From: Cyanidioschyzon merolae
Taxonomy: Eukaryota
Strand: one strand, 5' to 3'
DNA: 64,000 bases
Assembly: GCA_000091205.1 (NCBI GenBank)
Contig: AP006483.2
Made by a program: the position numbers and the translations under genes
Shown: one piece after another, positions 43,656 to 55,700 of the stretch
How the letters are laid out: each line of letters starts with the position of its first letter
Position numbering within the stretch: position 1 is the first letter of the stretch
Notes under the pieces: model-generated
Seen by the model: the letters and a program-made list of their open reading frames with translations, nothing else
Database searches by the model: none
Told to the model about the DNA's origin: nothing

Positions 43656-44457
43656 ATATGATTCGTCCACAGATGTAGGGAAGTGTTGCACGTGTCGCAG
43701 AAACAGCATGCACACCGTAGCATCGCCCACGGGTCAGCGTCTTCGTCGCCCTGGCACCGAACAACCCCGGCTCTCTTGATATGACAGAGGCAACCACGAA
43801 GGCATTTCATGACCGCCATTGCCACTGCGAGCGTACCAGTTGCAACCGCGACTATGCGCGTGTGCTTCGAGCGAGTCCGTCTAGGTCACCGCCGGCACGA
43901 TAGCTCTCAACGAGCTATTGTGCGGAAACCTCGTGGCAACGAGAAAAGCTCTGCCCTGAATTGTGTTTCGGCAGACACATTATTTTCCTCATTTATGTAT
44001 TTTTGTCTAGTCTCAATCATTTCCAAATGCAGGAAAGTAGACAGGTAGAAGTGTCGTCACTTCCAGTGCATATCACCTGGAGGAGTTCGCTCGACGCTGC
44101 GCGAATCAGTGAATGTGCTCGAGAGCACATGACTCCTTCATGTGACCATCTGCAATGCCGAGCGTGTCTCACGAACGTGTGTCCATTCGATGCCATGCAA
44201 CCCGGTGCGCCTGCACGTATTCTACATGAACCCGGCATTGCATGTTTTTCATTTTGAAATAGAAGCATCCACCTAGAAAACGAATCCTCATCTATGTCAG
44301 GAGAATAGTTCGGGAAACTAGCATTCTTTCTTATCAGCAAGCGATTTTGTCATGCTGCTTGGGATTCGGCTGGAACAAGGCACCGGCGACGACGCAGCAA
44401 TGCTGCTGGAAAACGGCCACCATAAAGATTTCCGTATAAACGGGAGCTCGGAGAAGC

Positions 44458-45639
44458 TTGAGGGGCGCGTCTCTGCAACTGTGCGGAACCATGGGAACGG
44501 ATGATAGCGATACCCTTACAAGTGACGTTCAGTATCAAAAGCCGCAATCAGCAGTGATTCCGAACGGTACAGAACCAGCTGACGCTGACACTCAACTCTC
44601 TGCCTCGTCGAAAGAGGAAGCACTATGGAGGGCGAACGTGTTACGGCCGAGCAGAGATCTGGAGCTACTGCGGAGCGCTCCTTCTGTACAGGGTCCCGAC
44701 TTTAACACAGTCAATAGTGCAGATGATGTGGTGAAATCCTTTGCAACGATAGGATTCCAGGCTACTCAGTTCGCACGCGCAGTTGACGTTGTTCAACAGA
44801 TGCTCCGTGACGAGCGCGGTTGTGTCATTTTTTTGGCGTACACTTCAAACCTCGTCAGTAGTGGTGTTCGTGACGTGATCCGGTACCTCGTGCAACACCG
44901 CATGGTCGACGTCCTTGTGACAACAGCAGGAGGTGTCGAGGAGGACCTCATCAAGGTTCTGGCTCCGACCCTCATCGGCGACTTTCGCTTGCCTGGGGCA
45001 TTGCTGCGAGAGAACGGCCTCAACAGGATAGGCAATTTGCTTGTACCCAATGCGAATTACTGTCTTTTTGAGGACTGGCTCATGCCACTGCTTGACAAGA
45101 TAGTTGATGAAAGACGAATATGGACGCCCAGCGAGTTCATCCATCGCCTCGGCCAGGAGATACAACACGAGTCGAGTATCGCCACCTGGGCTGCACGGAA
45201 CGGAGTGCCGTATTTCTGCCCAGCGATTACGGATGGCTCGCTCGGTGATATGCTCTTCTACCATACATATCGGAATGAAACTCCACTCATCCTAGACGTT
45301 GTCGGCGATATCCGGAAACTGAATCGACTCGCGATTCACGCCAAATGCACGGCGATGATCATCCTCGGTGGCGGTGTCGCAAAGCACCACACCTGCAACG
45401 CAAACTTAATGCGCAACGGAGCTGACTATGCCATCTACATTAATACTGGTCAAGAATATGACGGAAGCGACAGTGGTGCCGCTCCAGACGAGGCTGTGAG
45501 CTGGGGCAAAATCCGCGGCTCCGCTGAAGCGATCAAAGTTTTCGGTGATGCATCGATATTGTTTCCGCTCCTGGTATCACAGACGTTTTGCAAGGTGCCC
45601 AGGCAACATCGACCGGACTTTGATGAAATCTCGGGGTAG
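44458..45639 (+). CDS. DHPS: Deoxyhypusine synthase, the enzyme for eIF5A hypusination
   Basis: Long collinear match to recalled human DHPS: [38 protein letters not shown]..., [24 protein letters not shown]..., [12 protein letters not shown]..., [57 protein letters not shown]. The start may be the Met at 44491 (MGTDDSD). Confidence 0.92.
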   Translation: MRGASLQLCGTMGTDDSDTLTSDVQYQKPQSAVIPNGTEPADADTQLSASSKEEALWRANVLRPSRDLELLRSAPSVQGPDFNTVNSADDVVKSFATIGFQATQFARAVDVVQQMLRDERGCVIFLAYTSNLVSSGVRDVIRYLVQHRMVDVLVTTAGGVEEDLIKVLAPTLIGDFRLPGALLRENGLNRIGNLLVPNANYCLFEDWLMPLLDKIVDERRIWTPSEFIHRLGQEIQHESSIATWAARNGVPYFCPAITDGSLGDMLFYHTYRNETPLILDVVGDIRKLNRLAIHAKCTAMIILGGGVAKHHTCNANLMRNGADYAIYINTGQEYDGSDSGAAPDEAVSWGKIRGSAEAIKVFGDASILFPLLVSQTFCKVPRQHRPDFDEISG

Positions 45640-47002
45640 TGGGCCTCGAAGGGTGTCCGTTTAGATCATGCAGGGTCAACGTGCACATCTGCGTCGCATG
45701 GGAATGCCGTGGAATGCGGCATGGATTGCGGGAACACCGGCCCTGTTCTCGCGCTTTGCACTATTCATGTCTTCGCATTGTCCTAGGAGCTACAATGCTA
45801 GGTTAGATTTTTTCGATCTTTACGAGAAAAACTCTGTCTCTGAAAGGCACGACGGCAGCATGGTTCGTGAAAGTGATGAATGCCGCAACGCAGCTCCGAT
45901 TTCCAGTCTAAAGCAGAGAGACCGGTGGAATCTGGTCCTGTCCACGGTGACTTTGTGCCAGTCAGTGCATAGTATTCACATCGACGCTTTCACAAACATG
46001 AAGGGCATCATTTTTGCTCGGTCTGGGTCATACCAATGACGCATTACGGAGCGCATCGCACTCTGCGTCAGCGTCGGAGCTGTACTTGGCTGCAGCGATT
46101 GATTGCCTCGTGACTCGCCTGGACTGGCTCCTGTTGCCACATTCGGTCTCAGTGGAAGATTCTCGGAACGCCCCAGGCGTTTTGTGTGTAGTGCGAGGTC
46201 CGGTTTGCCATGCGAGAGGACGTCTCGGAAGGAGACGCCTATGCGCAGCAGCTGCCCCAGGGTGATGCCGTTCTTAAGAATACCGTTGGGAGTTCTCGAC
46301 GCTGGCCCCAGCGTATTCGACTTCAAGCATCGTCAATTAGGCAGCATATGTGTGGCAGATGAGCATATACCCTGGAATGGAACTCGTTTTCAGCGACGTA
46401 CGATTGCGTATGGGGAGATGAGCACAACCGGACCCAGCCTGGTCGCGATCTAGAGTGCACTCGAAGTGTTCCAGCACAGCGGTTCACCAGCATGCTTGCG
46501 TTGGATAACCAGGCGATTGGAACTGTTCGTTAAACATGATGGACCATGTGTGCTATGGGTATTACAACCGTAAAAAGCGTCTGAGTTTCGAACCGAACCG
46601 GAGCGACCGCAGCTGTCAGGATCCCGTCCAAAAGTTGGCCGGATACGGCCCAAGGGAGAGCACCCCGCTGTGCTGCACATCCCACAAGCGGACACTCTTC
46701 AAAGGGCAGTGTAACCGGTGGGTCTATGGAGACTGACCGCGGTGGCGACGCACTCAACTTTGCAACGAGTGCGTATAGTAGGCCGTCCGGCCTCTGGCTT
46801 CTTGGACCATGCTTCTGTTCCTGGGAGAGCTCTCTCTGGGAGTTGGCGCAAAGCGATAGCATCTCGTGAATAGAAGTATTTCCATGCGTTATCGCAGCAA
46901 GCGCCCGTATATCTATGGATCCTGGTTAGCGTGTTGCACTCTGTTGGGATAAAAACTTCTCATACAACATGCAGGGCAAACTCTAGTCTTGTCGGATAGG
47001 GA

Positions 47003-48369
47003 CGGAATACTGAACTGCTCGCTGTGTTCGTGCCCTTCGACGTTTTCCAAACATCTTCTTCCCGACGTACAGCCTCCGCATTCGGAGTGCAACAATTGCG
47101 CCCGACAAATTCAAACGGATATCTAGGATTAGCGGCGGAGGTTTCCGAGTGCCTCTTTCGACCCCGTGCATCTGCAATTTTTCACAGTACCTGAATCAGC
47201 ATGGTCCACCGCGCTTTCGAGCAAGCGTTCGTCAAACGTCCAATATCATTGAACAGTACAAGCGCATTGGCCTCGATTCTTCTACTGGCTTGCGCGTAGA
47301 TCGCTCACATAGAGCATGCCTCACGTTTCCCTTCTTCCTGTTTCAAGGCAACGACTGGACACAGCCTTTCTTGCCGCTGTACTGGTGCCGAAAAATACTC
47401 GACACGCTCCTCTGCAGGCATTTTCACGAGCTCACGCCAAGTGTCCGCCGAGCATTCCTCTCCCTAATAATCGATTCCACTCGAAGCGCAAGCCCTCTGA
47501 TTCTTAGACCCTTCAACGAATTGCCATTCGACACCAGCATGATACCTCGCATGGCGCATGCTGACCGAGGATCCCGTGACTTGCGCGTTCGAAGCGCAAA
47601 GAGTCTTGGACCAGGATTCGGGTCAGCGCAGCGAAGGTTCCCCGTGGAGAGCGCGTCTCCGGTTCGCACGAGGCGTGTGTAGTCGGATCGGAGTATCTCG
47701 GCTTGTTCCCCTGCCTAGACTAGGAGTCCGGCTTTCGCTTACCGGGAACAACACCACGTGCCACAAACGCTCTACCGAATGGAAGCGCGCGCGCTTACCT
47801 GTGCAGCAAACAGTGCATGCTCGAAAGCGATCGCTCACGAGAAGCTTCTGGTCGCAAGAGGTACCCCACCGGGCGCTGCATCGCAGGCGGGCATCAGCGG
47901 GACTCTTCGCTACGCGTCCCGGGCGCCTAGCGAGCGATAAAGCAGGCGTTCACGAGCCACCAGCCGGCTCGCGGAGTGAGCGGCTTGCTCGACGTATCAG
48001 AGCGCCTGAACCAGGCCAGGCGCCACCGCTGCGAAGCGCATACCGCGACTGTATATAGACAAGATGAAAGCGGCATGCGAAGCGAAGATCGCAGCTACCG
48101 CAGGTATACCAACTGTGTCGATAACAGTGAGAAGCGGCGAGATCTGAACCTTTACGCCGCTCTCAACATCCTTGACTGCTAGCGATAGCGCTTGAGAGAC
48201 CGGAACGACCAGTGCATTGAAAACCCGAGGTACGAGGGAGCAGACGAAACGAGTCACAGGAAACCCCCCCGGAAACGCTGGTGTTGATGGCAACGGAAAG
48301 AGACCAAATCTTTACCGCGTATACGGCCTTGATCGGGCACCTGTCCCATTTCATTCGTACACGAGTGTA
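47003..48369. repeat. Right arm of the inverted repeat (IR-R), about 1367 bp
   Basis: See IR-L. The outer edge at 48369 lies only about 30 bp from the stop of the minus-strand 508-aa gene at 48399. Confidence 0.9.
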
Positions 48370-48398
48370 GCGCTGTACACCCGCGTATGCTCTCGTCA

Positions 48399-49925
48399 TT
48401 ATGCTCGCACGCGGTCCACGCGAGTAGGCTGTACAGTTCTCATGAAAGATTTCGGTAAAGCTTCCCGAATTCCAGGGACCGCAGGCGTTATGGCGTCAAA
48501 GAGAATCCCTTCGCGATGCGCAACAAGATACCCAGCGGCTTCTGCATAGCTGCGAACCCAGAGAACCCATGGCGCCTCATCTGAGGCCACGCGCTGGTGG
48601 CGAGTCAAAGCTCCATCATCGCGTACCTCTAGGACGTTCACGGGAAAGTCCCAGGGAGACCCATTCAGGCAGGTCGTGTTCTCTTTGACTGCAACGACAA
48701 GCTTGCCGCGTTGAAGCGTTGCCTGCACTGCGGGACTGCTTAAAGCATTGCTGGGCGTCACCAATGCCGCTACCTCATCTATCCAGAGTGCATATGTGCT
48801 CTTTTCGCGCTCTACTTCATCTTTCAAAATGAGGCGAGGCGCACGTGCTAAACCAGCAAGTACGCAGGGCAGGAAGGTATGGCCGAGTTCCTCTGCTGCG
48901 GCCTTGGGGTTGCAACGCTCGGCGCTGAAATGCAACTCGTTTAGCGCCGGCGCATGAGCGCAGGGTACTTTCAACGCCGTCGTAACCGTACGCGACAGTG
49001 CAGCCTCCGCGCCAGCAATGGGATCCACCCCCTTCCCTTGACGATATCGTTCGAGCATTTCTCCTGCGTTCGCGATCATATCTGGGGGAAAGTAGCAGAT
49101 AATTGCCAGCGCATCGCAGTTGTGGGGCGGTTCGAGTAAGCTCGCCGCCGCTTCAATGAGCGTCCCGGGAGCGTCCACCACGCCATAGCTGGATCCATCG
49201 TCGTGCAGGCCGCATCGGAACCTTACGGGTTCCCGCGTGACGGTATAGGCGGTTACCTGAATACCCAAGGTAGCCCGAGCGGCGTCACAGACCTGGAGGT
49301 GGCGCTCTAGGAGCGTCGACGGCACCGCTCTATCAAACACGACGCCAATCCGATTCGCAGTACCGCGCTGCGGCATGAGCCCCCAGAGGCCTTCACAGAA
49401 CCTATCCAGGGCGTATCCTTCAACGTAGAGCGCATTCGGAACCGCCCAGTAGAGCATGGCTCCGTTCAGTACGTTTGGATGGGTCACGAGCGTATCGCAG
49501 ACGCCCGCGAGTAGTCGACAGGCGGGTAACGCGTCACCGGCAAAGCCACCGATCCTAGCAGCGGTTCCGGTCGGCACGATCATGACGGCATTGTAACCGT
49601 CAAAGCTGCAGAGCAGACGGCGCGCTGTAGTGTCCCGGCACTGGCGGGGCGCGAGGCACCACGGTTGTTTGCTTTTCGGGGCAGCAACGAAGGCGTTTCG
49701 GTTGCTTTTTCCCGACCGAGACGACGCGAAATTGAGTGCGCTGCGAATACTAGCCACACCTGTTTGGACCGATAGTGCCCTTATTCTATGACAGCTCCCG
49801 ACGACGCCACAGTCACTACTCAATGACGCGTTCCAGCGTTCAGATCCAGCGAGAGATCGTACCCCGTTGTTCACGACTGCCGTCGAAACGAAGGCGCCCT
49901 GTCCCGCGGCAGCGAAACGTACCAT
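48399..49925 (-). CDS. Conserved hypothetical protein, possibly of the cyanobacterial/plastid-lineage DUF3326 type
   Basis: 508-aa ORF. The motif block AVMIVPTGTAARIGGFAGDALPACRLLAGVCDTLVTHPNVLNGAMLYW resembles the recalled DUF3326 signature (..IPTGIG..IGGYAGDA...HPNVMNGA.LYW). Confidence in the family assignment is low. Confidence 0.4.
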   Translation of the reverse strand: MVRFAAAGQGAFVSTAVVNNGVRSLAGSERWNASLSSDCGVVGSCHRIRALSVQTGVASIRSALNFASSRSGKSNRNAFVAAPKSKQPWCLAPRQCRDTTARRLLCSFDGYNAVMIVPTGTAARIGGFAGDALPACRLLAGVCDTLVTHPNVLNGAMLYWAVPNALYVEGYALDRFCEGLWGLMPQRGTANRIGVVFDRAVPSTLLERHLQVCDAARATLGIQVTAYTVTREPVRFRCGLHDDGSSYGVVDAPGTLIEAAASLLEPPHNCDALAIICYFPPDMIANAGEMLERYRQGKGVDPIAGAEAALSRTVTTALKVPCAHAPALNELHFSAERCNPKAAAEELGHTFLPCVLAGLARAPRLILKDEVEREKSTYALWIDEVAALVTPSNALSSPAVQATLQRGKLVVAVKENTTCLNGSPWDFPVNVLEVRDDGALTRHQRVASDEAPWVLWVRSYAEAAGYLVAHREGILFDAITPAVPGIREALPKSFMRTVQPTRVDRVRA

Positions 49926-52067
49926 AAGAGCCTGTGTCAGATTCTCAACGAGCAGCTCGTGCTAGCACAGCGAGCACCCGAACCCCACTAGATGAGACCA
50001 CTCGAGTGGCACTCTATCCACAAGGGACCCGGCTCTGAACGGAGAGCACCCAAACTCGATAACCAGATACAACTCCAAACCGACACAGTTGCAATGTAGA
50101 TGCATCTATCTCGCACCGATCGATGCGTCCGCGTTGTGCAATGCATCCCTGGGTATGTGTTTGTGTGTTTGTGTGCTCATCTGCAATGCCCGCATTTCAT
50201 GGGATACTGGATTTGGTCATCCTTTCCCGCTCAAAGCATCGAGTGCAAGCGGACATCAACACAGCTCTGTTGAAACGCTGCATCTGGTGCTGTTGGTGTA
50301 CCCATCATGCCGAATAACTCCGAATACAGTCATTATGTTCGGTGCTGCAACTGCAGTAGAGGCACTTGCAAACAGTATCTGTTTAAGAGTCAACTAGTTC
50401 GATTGGTGACCTCTTGAGGCAGCATCAGTCACAGAAGCAGGCAGAGAAGATATCCTGTTGGGAAGCGGGTGATCCGATTCGAGTCCGCTTCGCAGCGGCT
50501 GTCGTCTTTGGCATTGCACAGAACGCCGTGCCGTGCTGTGTTCCCACGCCGAGCAGTCTTAGCTTTCCCGTATTGGTAGGCAACAACAGATCGAAGCGCC
50601 GCGGTTACTACAGAAACTCGAGACGTGCTCTTCACTCGCATGCTCCAGTCAAAAAAAACATCTAGCTAGAGCGCCTTTCCGGTATTAAATCTGCTTGACA
50701 GCCACCGCATTCATTCCTGACCCGTGCTTATCGGGATGGATGCGCTGTGGTCGCCCGCAGCAACCTGCTTCCACACAGAACCTCAAGCTGTTCCCCAAAC
50801 CAACGGGATGAAGATCTCCTGCGGGAAAGCGCACATACTGGGACCCGGATCCGCATGGAATTTCCGGTTCGCTTCTTTGCGTCAAACGTTCACCACTTAC
50901 GACGAGAAGACATGGACTTGTTTTCAGTTATTCTTATCGCAAGCTGCGTCGCGATTTGCGGAGATCCCGGCGCGTGTACTATGGCCAACAGCTGCCAGAT
51001 CGGCAGCGGACTATCGGTATCCTGGCACACATTGCAGTCTCACTGCGAAAAGACTGCAAAAGACGGATTGCTCAAGTGGAGAAGAACGCTGCCACCGAGG
51101 TCGCGAACTTGTTGGACCCAGTCAATGCCGGCCTTCTCCAGCCAGGCTCTACCGCAAAAGTAGATACGCCGACTTTGCCACTGATCGCATGGGTACAGAC
51201 GATCAAGAATACCGCCTCGCGTCGTTTCGAGCACCCGTTTGCCTCCTCGTGTCTCGATAACAGGGGTCCGCCGCAGAGCGAACTCACAGAGTGCCCTGCG
51301 GACCACTTGGTGCAACTCATACGGGAACGAAAGATACCCGGTGGGGTAGTAGATGACCAAGCGTTGTGCCTCAGCTGGTCCTCCGGCTCGTTTTGAGTTC
51401 ACAGAGGAGGAAGCCTTTCGCTTCTTCGCCATAACTGCACTATACGCGTGCAACTCTGAGTCGTGTGGTTAGACGTTGGACCAGCAAGTCCGTTCCAGCA
51501 AGCCAAGGCGAGGTCTACGCAAAGGAAGACGTGCTTCGCGCTTTCCGAGCCCCTTGGCGACCTATTGGGCTCCAAGAGTTGCGTGCCTTGCGCGATCAGT
51601 TTCCGGAGAGAGCGCGTCCAAGTCGCCCGGCCCCAGAGGAGAACACTTCGCAAACACCTGCTTCGCGAAACCACACACCCTGGTAACCAGGAAGGAAGCG
51701 CGCCCCTTGTACGTGCAACCTTGGAGCAGTGCGCCCCAGCCAGCTCGCAGTCCTATTCGTCACGTTTCCTCAAAGAACAGTGACCTGTGAAACACGTTCC
51801 TCCCTTGAAAAGGCTCCGAATCCTCCAAGTCGGCTGAGACTGCTACGTTTACCGCAACCCGCAAAATAGCTCAACGCTTTCGTAGCGCAGGCAATGCGCT
51901 GAATCGTCCGCCTCAGGTCGTCAAGGACGCCTCACTTGGATGCCAGTAACTAGGATGGCATCGAGGATTTCCGGGGCCTGGCGGCGACCCTGGGCCGAAA
52001 CATATCTGGCTCTGTTCTGAGCAGCTTTCGTTGAACAGTGCGCCCGCTGAACAGTCATAGTTGGAGG

Positions 52068-52736
52068 ATGCTTTCTTTTTTGGACTGGGGATCGAGCTTC
52101 CGCTCGAAAAAAGTGTCCTCCAAGGATCAAAATGATAACGCCGGTTGGCCGCCGAGCTTTCCACAGTCGCAGCTGACTTCGTTGCTGGGTACGGCTCCCG
52201 CACGCGAACGACTGCGCTCGTTGCTGCTGGAACGACAGCAGCTCCAGCTGGCTATTCGCCTTCCGGAAAGTGAAAGCGTCGACGATTGGATCGTTTTACA
52301 CTGTATCGACTTTTTGAACTTGCTGAATCTTCTCTACGGAATGGTCTACGTGCACGCTTGCACACCGAATACGTGTCCACGAATGACCGCAGGACCGGCA
52401 TACGAGTTTCTCTGGCAGCGCTCGGACAAGCGGACAATGGAGCGCTTGCCGGCCTCCAAGTATATTGAACTTGTGCTTTCCTGGGCAGAAGAGGAGCTTC
52501 GGCGCCTGATGGCGGGCAGCGCAAACCGCAAGAGCTGCCACAAGCTGGCACAGCGTTTCCATCGGATATTCGCCCATCTCTACCATCACCATTTAGCAGA
52601 CTTGCTTGATATGGACGCTATCGCCCATTTGAATACATCATATCTTCATTTCTATTTTTTTATCAAAGAGTTCGACCTCGTGGGCAGCAAGGAATTGGAG
52701 CCTATGCGAGCGTTGACTGAATGCTTGCTGGCGTAA
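52068..52736 (+). CDS. MOB1: MOB kinase activator (Mob1/phocein family)
   Basis: DWIVLHCIDFLNLLNLLYGMVYVHACTPNTCPRMTAGPAYEFLWQ...KYIELVLSWAEEEL...RIFAHLYHHHLADLLDMDAIAHLNTSYLHFYFFIKEFDLVGSKELEPM matches the Mob1 core ([45 protein letters not shown]...KYIDYLMTWVQDQL...RVYAHIYHQHFDSVMQLQEEAHLNTSFKHFIFFVQEFNLIDRRELAPL). The ORF opens at 52038; the Met at 52068 (MLSFLDWGSS) fits the Mob N-terminus. Confidence 0.88.
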   Translation: MLSFLDWGSSFRSKKVSSKDQNDNAGWPPSFPQSQLTSLLGTAPARERLRSLLLERQQLQLAIRLPESESVDDWIVLHCIDFLNLLNLLYGMVYVHACTPNTCPRMTAGPAYEFLWQRSDKRTMERLPASKYIELVLSWAEEELRRLMAGSANRKSCHKLAQRFHRIFAHLYHHHLADLLDMDAIAHLNTSYLHFYFFIKEFDLVGSKELEPMRALTECLLA

Positions 52737-55700
52737 ACCTCGTACCTAATGGAATCGGAGCTGAACCATTCTGCTATCTGGAAGCGTACGTGACGCCAAT
52801 AAGCGCTTTGCTTTGAAAACAAATACAAATCAGTATACGAGCCTCCTGGAAAACTTGTTTTTTGAATTCGGTCGGATTGGCGGAAGCAGGATTGACGGAT
52901 ACCTGGCTCGGCGGAAGCGCTACGTCCGTGCGCTCTGCGCGTTGCGTGTACTCAGTAGTAGTATCGAAGAACAGAGCACCATTTTTGTTCACCAATCACT
53001 CAGGAAATCTGTTACCCGTGTACATAGATGGCGCGTCAGACTTACTGGATTGACGAAGCGTACCAAAGCGCAGCCTAGCTCGAGGCGGGAATCTCATGCT
53101 CTCCCGCCTATCCACTGATTCTTTTTCATCGAAAATCCGTAACGTCTCTGCACGATACCCGCATTGACTAGTGGACGATTCCAATAAAATTTCGCTCGAC
53201 GCAAACCCGCGACACGCTCCCGATGCATGAAGCATTCCAAGATATCGATCATGGCATCGAAGACTTGGCGCGAAGAACGGGTTTCCGCGCATAGTTGCTG
53301 GTGGAATCACACCAAAGCAAGCCGCTTATCTTCGAATGACTCGGGATCTGACGTCGGGTCAGCGTAGCACATACCACCTCGTAGATGCGGATCTGCTTCA
53401 CGCACTTCTTCTGTGTCTGGTTCACCGTGCAACGCTGCTCGTGACGCGTATACTTTGTCCAAAAGTCATCCATGGGGAAAGTATAGAAGCCATTCCTGGA
53501 CTCGATGTATGCATTCGTTCAGGGAGCAAGCATGCGGCATCTCCGCGGAACAGAATGTCCAGCGTCATAGGCCAGAACCGAGTTACGCGGCTTCTCAGGC
53601 ATTTGCTTTCCAAACTCATTGAAGAAGCTCGCAAATGCACGCGTCTTGGATCGGTGCAACCATACCCGTTGGCGAGCACAGCGAGGTCCGGTACACTCCT
53701 GCCGAAAATCGTTTGAATGAGCCAATTGAACGCTAATGTGCTCTGCGGATACAGCGTCGAAAACATCCCGTTCTATTCGAAAACGTGTTGAGAGAGCGTC
53801 AAGATAGGTCCTGATGCCGTCCTTCTCCGAGCGGGAATGGCTGCTGACGCCGAGCATGCTCGAGTCGCTAAGACCCGGAGCCATGGACAAGTTGAGCAGC
53901 TTCCGTGACATTCCATTCAAAAGCTCCGGGAATGCCGTCTTGATTCGGTAGCGTGGTGACGGCCGAGGTGTTGTTACGCCCGCGATCCACGCCCAACACG
54001 ACATGTTTATCTTTATGTACCTTGAACGGTTGAAAAGGGTTGCGTTGCCGGGCTCATGTCGAGCTCTCCCTAGTTTCAGTAAGTGCATACTCATTGACAA
54101 GTCCTCTTTCTACATGGTTCCTGTGAATTGCTTTCCATTGGCCCCGTGTTAACGAGAACGCTCGATGAGCCCCGCCAGTGCACTTCGCAAAGTCGTTCGA
54201 TTGCTTCGTTGTTGCTCGCAGAGCCCAGCGATAGCTCACCGTTCAGGCCATCGTGGACAATACTCCAGCGTTTATGATGCTAGACTGGGACTTGCTTTGG
54301 CATAAAGAGACTACATCGACCTGAAGCGCATGGGGGCAATGTCGCTCGCATTCGCAGAATGATGCCGCTCTGCCCTGAGCGACTCTGTTCAGGAGCGCGT
54401 ACCGGCACAATACGCAAGCACATCGGGCATTACGTTCGAATCATGCTTTGGATACGACATTGGTCGGCCCGAGTCCGGGCGCAACCCGAAGGGTTTCCAG
54501 CATCTTACGCGACGCCTGCTCTCTCTGTGTGATATCGCTTCGGAGTACGCGAACATCACGAGCTCTTCCACATCAGCATCAACACCACCAGCACCTCGCT
54601 GGCCGCCTTCGACATCCCAAGATTCCCTTGCTTCAGTTCCGAGTTTTCGGGCAAGAATGGCGTGCGTACACCGGCCACAGCCTGTGCTTCATGAAGCGCT
54701 TGACATTGACCCTGCATCTGAGTTTTGAGATTGGTCGTCTACTCGCTGGCACAAGCGCTGTCGACTTTTCTCGATCCCCAGAGTGGGCACGGCAGGCCAG
54801 CAGGGCGCGCTGGCAAGCTGGTTTAGCACCTTTCTGATCCAATGGTCAGGCTATGCTGCATCTTGGGTGCCCGGGGCATCAAGTACGTTGGCACACGAGG
54901 GTTCCATTGAAAAATTCCAGAGCATTGTAGGCACCTAGCTGGATTGCGTGCAGATTCCCCACGAACCGTTGCTTGACGAGCAGCGTGCATGCGAGTGGAG
55001 CTCGGCGAGTGCCCGTCTACAGCGAAGCTTTAGGATCCCTAATGACTTGGTGCACCGTTCTTTGTGGAAGATGCTCATCGAAGATCTGTTCGAGTCGCGA
55101 GGCCTTGGCAACGGTTCCAGATTGATCGGGTCGCTTCGACACTTTTTTCATTCCTGTCCGACCTGATCTTCTTTGGTGAGGATATTTCCATTCCGTTTTT
55201 CGTGTTGTGGTACTTCCTCTCGTCCACAGCGCTGCATAGCATAGATATGGACGCCACATGCCATCGTTTTCATTTCCGGGACTCAGATGCACTGGCTGGA
55301 CAATGAGACCCCAAATCGCATGCTCTACGTATGCCTATTCTATTCCTCAGGTGCATTGTCGTCATCGGCTTTGGTACGAGCACGCTCAGCGACCGAGGCG
55401 AGCCATTCTGGTTCCTCGCACTCACGACTGGACAAGCAATACTGCAGTTCAGGGCTGGGAAAGACCGAAAGCGATTTATCGAGGAACGTCATGTCGCAGA
55501 TGCGAACGACTTGTCCATGAATCCATCATCGTGAAAATGGCGTACAGCATCATATAAAACGCTTCCGAATGCATACGATAAGAAACGCAAGTTGCGACAA
55601 AGAGCAGCTGAACGCCAATCTCGGTTGCGTACTCCTGGACGACTTTTGAGTATTGAAAAGCAAACTTATCTGAAAGCTGGTCACATGAATGCGGTAACGA

